From the NCBI GenBank assembly GCA_965227295.1, contig OZ245742.1, forward strand, positions 480,001-544,000: 64,000 nt of DNA. The letters run 5' to 3'. The DNA is from Leptonemataceae bacterium. Lineage in GTDB: Bacteria > Spirochaetota > Leptospiria > Leptospirales > Leptonemataceae. The notes beneath the pieces are model-generated. The model did no database searches. It saw only the letters and a program-made list of their open reading frames with translations, and was not told the DNA's origin. The position numbers and the translations under genes were made by a program. This document shows, in pieces, positions 58,755 to 64,000 of the stretch; position 1 is the first letter of the stretch; each line of letters begins with the position of its first letter.

Positions 58755-59471
58755 ATGAAAACCATCGTACACAAAAGCGAAAGCCGCGGGGCCGCGGACT
58801 TCGGCTGGCTCAAAAGCCGCCACACGTTCAGCTTCGCGAACTACTACAATCCCGAGCGGATCCACTTCGGCATGCTGCGCGTTCTCAACGATGATCACGT
58901 CGCTCCCGGCGCCGGCTTCGACGCGCACCCGCACCGGGACATGGAAATCGTTTCGATTCCGCTGGCCGGGGCGCTGGAGCACAAGGACAGCATGGGCACC
59001 GGTTCGATCATCCGGCCGGACGAGGTGCAGATCATGTCGGCGGGCACGGGCATCGTGCACTCGGAGTACAACGCGTCCAGCGAAGAAGAAGTGAACTTCC
59101 TGCAAATCTGGGTGCTGCCGAAGCGCGCCGGCATCCCGCCGCGGTACGAACAAAAGCAGTACGCGCCGGAGGATCGCAAGAATCGTTTCGTCACCGTGGT
59201 GTCGCCGGAAGAAAACAGCGGCGGCGTCTGGATCAACCAGGACGCCTACTTTTCTCTGGGCGATTTCGACGCGGGCACGTCAACGGAGTACACGCTCAAG
59301 AACGCCGGCCACGGAGCGTACGTTTTCGTCATCCACAGTGACGGCGAGGTGCTTATCGCCGGAGAGTCCGCGGGCAAACGCGACGCCGTGGGTGTCTACG
59401 ACACCGAACGGTTCACCATCGAAGCGAAAGCCGCAAGCAGGCTGTTGGTGATCGAAGTGCCCATGAACTGA
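58755..59471 (+). CDS. Pirin family protein (YhhW-like)
   Basis: WLKSRHTFSFA, LRVLNDD, HPHRDMEI, MSAGTGIVHSEYN, LQIW. Confidence 0.95.
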   Translation: MKTIVHKSESRGAADFGWLKSRHTFSFANYYNPERIHFGMLRVLNDDHVAPGAGFDAHPHRDMEIVSIPLAGALEHKDSMGTGSIIRPDEVQIMSAGTGIVHSEYNASSEEEVNFLQIWVLPKRAGIPPRYEQKQYAPEDRKNRFVTVVSPEENSGGVWINQDAYFSLGDFDAGTSTEYTLKNAGHGAYVFVIHSDGEVLIAGESAGKRDAVGVYDTERFTIEAKAASRLLVIEVPMN

Positions 59472-59518
59472 GGCGAATAAACCTTGCATCAATCAGGCAT
59501 CCGGGCCTTATTGCCCGG

Positions 59519-60538
59519 ATGTCTTCCGATCAACGGAGTCTCCTCCTGGAAGCCCACGTCGCTTACGAACTGGCGCGTTTTCAGGACGATCGCCTGGCGC
59601 TGCTCTTCGATACCGAAGCCGGCGCACTCTACGATCATGTCGCAAGTGTCAGCGTTCGAAACCTGCTCCCCCGCGACGTTCTGCGACCGGCCATCATCGC
59701 GCGGCTCACCGAAAACCGCGAACCGCCGCCGGAAATCGCGGCCTTCGTACAAACATGCGCCGGGAAACTCTTAGCGTCTCTGGAGCAGCGCACGGAAAGC
59801 GGGGCGGATCTGCTCTCCCGGGAGGCCTACGATCTGCTCGTGGAAGATTTTTCCGGAGACGAGAACCTGCGCAACGCCGCGCTTCACGGCACGCTGAACA
59901 ACGCCGTGTTCTCGCTGCTCATCTCCGAAATCCTCTACACCGGCATCACCGAGTTCATGACCGAGTCCCGCGTGGCGAAGAACCTGCCGGGCATGCAGGC
60001 CATGTTGAAGTTCGGCACGAGCCTGCTCAATCAGGCCGCGCCGGGCCTCACCGAAACCATGGGCAAGTCCATCAAAGAGTTCATCCGCGAAAACGCCGGC
60101 AGCATCGTCCGTAGTTCCGAGGCCGTGTTGCACAAGAGTCTCACGCCGCAAACCATTCGCGAAGCCGCGGACCAGCTCTGGAACGATCTTGCGTCGCGAC
60201 GGGTGAGCGAGACCACGCAGTTTCTTTCGGGCAGCGGCAAGCTGAATCGGTACCGCGCGGCCCTTACGGCCGCCCTCGAGTTCTTTCGCCGCACCGATCT
60301 CTTTCGCGAACACACCGGCCTGCTCATCGATACGTTCTACGAAAGCTACGGGGATGCGCCGCTCGCAAAGTTGATCACGGACGCCGGACTGGACCGCGAA
60401 CGCATTCTGGACGATCTGCGCGAACCATTGCTGCACGGCCTGCGTTCGCTGCGTGACGACGGTTATCTCGAAAGTGTGATTCGCCGCAACTTAAGCGAGT
60501 TCTACGAATCCGAAGCGGCGCGATCCGTTCTGGATTAA
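59519..60538 (+). CDS. Conserved helical hypothetical protein
   Basis: 339-aa ORF with typical codon usage, LLEAHVAYEL N-terminus. Confidence 0.7.
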   Translation: MSSDQRSLLLEAHVAYELARFQDDRLALLFDTEAGALYDHVASVSVRNLLPRDVLRPAIIARLTENREPPPEIAAFVQTCAGKLLASLEQRTESGADLLSREAYDLLVEDFSGDENLRNAALHGTLNNAVFSLLISEILYTGITEFMTESRVAKNLPGMQAMLKFGTSLLNQAAPGLTETMGKSIKEFIRENAGSIVRSSEAVLHKSLTPQTIREAADQLWNDLASRRVSETTQFLSGSGKLNRYRAALTAALEFFRRTDLFREHTGLLIDTFYESYGDAPLAKLITDAGLDRERILDDLREPLLHGLRSLRDDGYLESVIRRNLSEFYESEAARSVLD

Positions 60539-61608
60539 CGTCCCCGCCCGAAGGCCGTAACTTCGTTCTTGTTCTCACTGAGCCGCCGCAGAAAAAACTC
60601 GGCCGCGTGTTCCGCGAGCATCGCTTTGAACTTACCCAGCACGGCGTAATCTTCGGCGCCGCGAAACTTAACGGTAACACAAAAGTTCCGGCACCGGCCC
60701 CGGCTTAACCAGCGCTCAAGCAGCGTAAAAATCCGATCCGGAAAGGCGATTACGTCCGAAAGCAACCAGTCCACGGGGCGCTCCGGTTCGAACGCGAAGG
60801 CGTCGCCCTTTACAAAACGCAGCCCCTCGTGCTGCATGAGATCCTTCCGCAACTCGCTCCGGTCCACGGCGATCACGGAAGCGCCGGCCTGCAGGGCCAC
60901 CCAGGTCCAGCCGCCCGGGCTCGCCCCCAGATCCGCGCAAACTTCTCCTGCCTGGATCTTACGGCCGAACTGGAGCTGCGCCTCTTCCAGCTTGCGGTAC
61001 GCCCGGGACGGCGGCACCTTGTTCTCCGGCAGCTCGCACCATCCGGCGAGACACGGCGAAAGATTCATGCGTTGTTCGTGCTCCCGCACGTTCGGAACGA
61101 TCGACAGATAACCGCGGTCTTCGGCAATCAGCACAAGTTGAACCAGACCCTCGCGTTCCGTGAAGGCCGCGTCGGCGGCGTCGGCCGGGCGCAGTTGCTT
61201 CAACAAAGATCGGCGGCGTTTCTTGAGGGTATCGCGCACGGCGGCCTCAATCAACTTCGTGCGCCGGGACCGCCGCGGATAGCCCCCGGCGCCGTAGACG
61301 TGCAGGCGCCAGGGAGATGTGTCTGCCAGCCCGGCGATCAGTCGATCACTAACATCTCGTGCGACAACATTAATCGAGGGAACCGCAAGCTCAGCGGCTT
61401 CCGGCAAACACTGCGAAGCGAAGGCCGCGGGTCCCGGCGCACCGTCCGCTGCGAACAGGTCCGGCGCAAGTTCGCGCGCGGTGCGGGACAGTTCGCTCTG
61501 CAATGCGCCGGCATCGGAATGACTCAAGAAGATGTGCACGAGAATCCAGGGCGCCGGAAATTGAAGGAACTCGCAAGCGGTTTCCACCACGTTCGTGTTG
61601 ACAATCAT
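60535..61608 (-). CDS. RlmM-like SAM-dependent RNA methyltransferase (FtsJ domain)
   Basis: PPSRAYRKLEEA, DLGASPGGWT, VDWLLSD. Confidence 0.85.
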   Translation of the reverse strand: MIVNTNVVETACEFLQFPAPWILVHIFLSHSDAGALQSELSRTARELAPDLFAADGAPGPAAFASQCLPEAAELAVPSINVVARDVSDRLIAGLADTSPWRLHVYGAGGYPRRSRRTKLIEAAVRDTLKKRRRSLLKQLRPADAADAAFTEREGLVQLVLIAEDRGYLSIVPNVREHEQRMNLSPCLAGWCELPENKVPPSRAYRKLEEAQLQFGRKIQAGEVCADLGASPGGWTWVALQAGASVIAVDRSELRKDLMQHEGLRFVKGDAFAFEPERPVDWLLSDVIAFPDRIFTLLERWLSRGRCRNFCVTVKFRGAEDYAVLGKFKAMLAEHAAEFFLRRLSENKNEVTAFGRGR

Positions 61609-61631
61609 CCACAAGCCACGGGAGTTACGAT

Positions 61632-62522
61632 ATGAGCGAAACTCCCTCGAACCCATATTCGGCGCCCGACGCCCCCCTCGACACACCCTCCGGCGGAAAG
61701 AACCGGGGCGGCGCCGACTTTAACATCAGCGAGACCATGCGCCTTGCCTGGGATGCGACCACGACGCACTGGCTCTACGGATCCCTGGCCATGTTTGTGT
61801 TGATGGTTCTCATCGTGTTGGTGTACATCGTCGCGGCCCTGGCAGCCAGCCCGCTGAATCCGTCCTTTACGGAAGAAAGCCTCTACGGCTCCCTCGTTAC
61901 GAACGTGTTGCAGACCATTATGCAGGCGCCGATTTCCATGAGCATCATCTGGGTTTGTTACCTCGCGGTCTTCAGTTATCGCAAAGCCGTCACCACCGAA
62001 TTTTCGGTGGGGGCCATCAGCAAAGGTTTCGAAATGATCGGCGCGGCCGTGTTGATCGTCCTGCTCATTAACTTCGTTTACCTCGTCGTGGCGCTGCCCG
62101 GCGGTATCATCACCGGCATTCTGGCCTACGCCATGCTGGACGGGAATCTGGAAAACCTGGCCAACCCCGCGGGCGACCCTGGCTCCTTCGGTCTCATCTA
62201 TCTCGCCATCTTTATTCTGGTCGGTCTTCCGGCCATTTACGTGGGCTTGCGTCTGCTCTTTTCCATGTACATCTGCGCCGAACGCAACCTGGGCGTCGTG
62301 GATTCGGTGAAAGCCAGTTGGGCGTTGACCGAGGGACGCGTGCTTCAAATGTTCCTGTACTATCTGCTCATCGCAGTGCTTTTTATCGTCGCTTCGCCGC
62401 TGCTCGCCATCGGCATCCTCCTTACGTGCGGCCTCGGCATTCTGCCCCTCACGTTTCTGACGGGCAATCTCACGGCGGCGCTTTATTACAACCTCAGCCG
62501 CGGCGGGAGCGAGAAATATTAA
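61632..62522 (+). CDS. Multi-pass membrane protein
   Basis: NPYSAP N-terminus, VDSVKASWALTEG, TCGLG. Confidence 0.75.
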   Translation: MSETPSNPYSAPDAPLDTPSGGKNRGGADFNISETMRLAWDATTTHWLYGSLAMFVLMVLIVLVYIVAALAASPLNPSFTEESLYGSLVTNVLQTIMQAPISMSIIWVCYLAVFSYRKAVTTEFSVGAISKGFEMIGAAVLIVLLINFVYLVVALPGGIITGILAYAMLDGNLENLANPAGDPGSFGLIYLAIFILVGLPAIYVGLRLLFSMYICAERNLGVVDSVKASWALTEGRVLQMFLYYLLIAVLFIVASPLLAIGILLTCGLGILPLTFLTGNLTAALYYNLSRGGSEKY

Positions 62523-63328
62523 CGTACACTCAGTACATCTTTAAGGATCGCCCGCGTTATGTCCTTGCGCGCGGCGGCGAATTTCTCGAACTCTACAGCT
62601 TCCACCGGCGCCGCAATGTTCAACGCGAACAGCACGGCGCCGGACTTCGTTTCCACCCAGCCGACCCACCAGCCGATCCAACCGCCGTCCTGTTTCGTAA
62701 GACCGGTCTTCGCATGCCAGGTACGATCGCCGTCTTGCTCCACGATCATCATCTCGCGCACGATCGCCTGACTGCGTTCCGAAAACGGCAGCGTGCCGCG
62801 ACGCAGCTTGCGCAAAAAATCCAACTGTTCTTCCGGTGAAATGCGAAAGTCCCCGCGCAACCAGAACTGATCGATGCCCGCCCTGAGGGCATCGTTACCG
62901 TACTTCGCCCGCCGCAAATGTTCCAGCATGCGCTCTTCCCCGATACGCCGCGCGATCTCCTGATAGTACCACACCGTGGAATCGCGCATGGCCGTGTGCA
63001 ACGTATGATCGCGGTTCCAGGCCTCGTACTCGCGGCGCACGCCGTCCCAGGCAATCTTAAAGTCGGCGCTCTCCGCAACGCCGGTATCGAGGGCAATGAG
63101 GGCGTTCATGACCTTGAACGTGGACGCGGGCAGGTATCCCTGCCGGCAATGATCGGCGTTGTAGTGATGTTTCTTTTGTGAACGCGTGTCGTAGAGGGTG
63201 ATGCAGCCGCGAACGTTGCGCGAAGTGAAGTGTTCTTCCCAGGCGGGATGATCACTGGAGGCTGGAGTGCAGGTTGTCAGGACGATGCAGATCGAAACAA
63301 AAATGAACGTGGAAAGACGAAAACGCAT
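62519..63328 (-). CDS. Class D beta-lactamase-like protein
   Basis: PASTFK, STV, YGN, FWL, KTG and GWWVGWVE motifs; lipoprotein-like signal. Confidence 0.9.
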   Translation of the reverse strand: MRFRLSTFIFVSICIVLTTCTPASSDHPAWEEHFTSRNVRGCITLYDTRSQKKHHYNADHCRQGYLPASTFKVMNALIALDTGVAESADFKIAWDGVRREYEAWNRDHTLHTAMRDSTVWYYQEIARRIGEERMLEHLRRAKYGNDALRAGIDQFWLRGDFRISPEEQLDFLRKLRRGTLPFSERSQAIVREMMIVEQDGDRTWHAKTGLTKQDGGWIGWWVGWVETKSGAVLFALNIAAPVEAVEFEKFAAARKDITRAILKDVLSVR

Positions 63329-63427
63329 GCGCTAAGAAATTTCATTGGGATGCATCGTCGAGCGAATTCAGTGCGCCAGAAACCCGCTTGACTCATCACC
63401 CCGCCGCATCTAAACTTCGCCTGCCCC

Positions 63428-64000
63428 ATGCATCCCGACATCAGCATTCGCAGCTTCCCCGACGATCCCCATCCCCCTGTCGAAGTGGCCTGGTTCTCCG
63501 ATCTCTGCAACGGCGACTATGAATTCCTCGGCGTGCCCGACGGCGACCTCCGCTCGTCCTTCGAGCACTGTCGGGACATTGTAACCACCGCCGATCGTCT
63601 GGGTTACGAAAACATCTTATTGCCGTCTTCGTATCAAGTGGGCCAGGACGTTACGGCCTTCGCGTCCGCCGTCGGTCCCATGACGCAACAAATCTCGCTG
63701 CTTACGGCGTTGCGCATGGGCGAGAATCATCCGCCCATGCTCGCGCGCTCCATCTCCACGCTGGATCACATCCTGAAAGGTCGGCTTACGGTCAACATCA
63801 TCTCCTCCGATCTCCCGGGCACTAAGGTTTCTTCAGAAGAACGTTACGCACGGTCCCGCGAGGTCATTCAGATCCTGCTCCAGGCCTGGGAACCCGGTCG
63901 CGAACGCATTCAGTTCAAAGGCGACTTCTACGACATCGATCTGCCCACGGATCCGGTGAAGCCCTACCAGCAAAACGGCGGCCCGCTCCTGTACTTCGGC
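63428..64000 (+). CDS. LLM class flavin-dependent monooxygenase (3' end outside window)
   Basis: [48 protein letters not shown]; not in the ORF track because it is truncated. Confidence 0.9.
   Translation, partial: MHPDISIRSFPDDPHPPVEVAWFSDLCNGDYEFLGVPDGDLRSSFEHCRDIVTTADRLGYENILLPSSYQVGQDVTAFASAVGPMTQQISLLTALRMGENHPPMLARSISTLDHILKGRLTVNIISSDLPGTKVSSEERYARSREVIQILLQAWEPGRERIQFKGDFYDIDLPTDPVKPYQQNGGPLLYFG

Noticed and set aside
1-64000. tRNA/rRNA genes or prophage
   Set aside because: No cloverleaf or rRNA-like sequence and no phage structural or integrase genes were recognised by eye.

Overview
GC-rich bacterial chromosome segment. The gene repertoire (class III adenylate cyclases, 7TM-DISM hybrid kinase, MBOAT, ParB-like gene after gltA, TIGR04388-like giant protein) suggests an uncultured Leptospiraceae/Spirochaetota relative; this is inference. 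Positions 1-32 kb and 50-64 kb hold mostly ordinary metabolic, regulatory and envelope genes. The accessory core (32.5-50.1 kb) is a polymorphic-toxin-like locus. It starts with a 1938-aa Sec-signal protein with a HINT autoproteolysis domain and an unusual low-complexity C-terminus, followed by four TPR paralogues. Then comes a 5'-truncated orphan copy with a different HINT, a LysM-like domain and a different tip, followed by two related small membrane genes, one hit by IS481, and a 94-bp third toxin fragment. Both truncated toxin copies are directly preceded by the same ~420-bp highly structured non-coding element. The locus is bracketed by three repeated SRPBCC-like + GT87-like gene pairs. 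A separate non-coding tandem array of 329-bp units lies at 28.05-29.13 kb. All family names come from motif recognition by eye, not from database searches.
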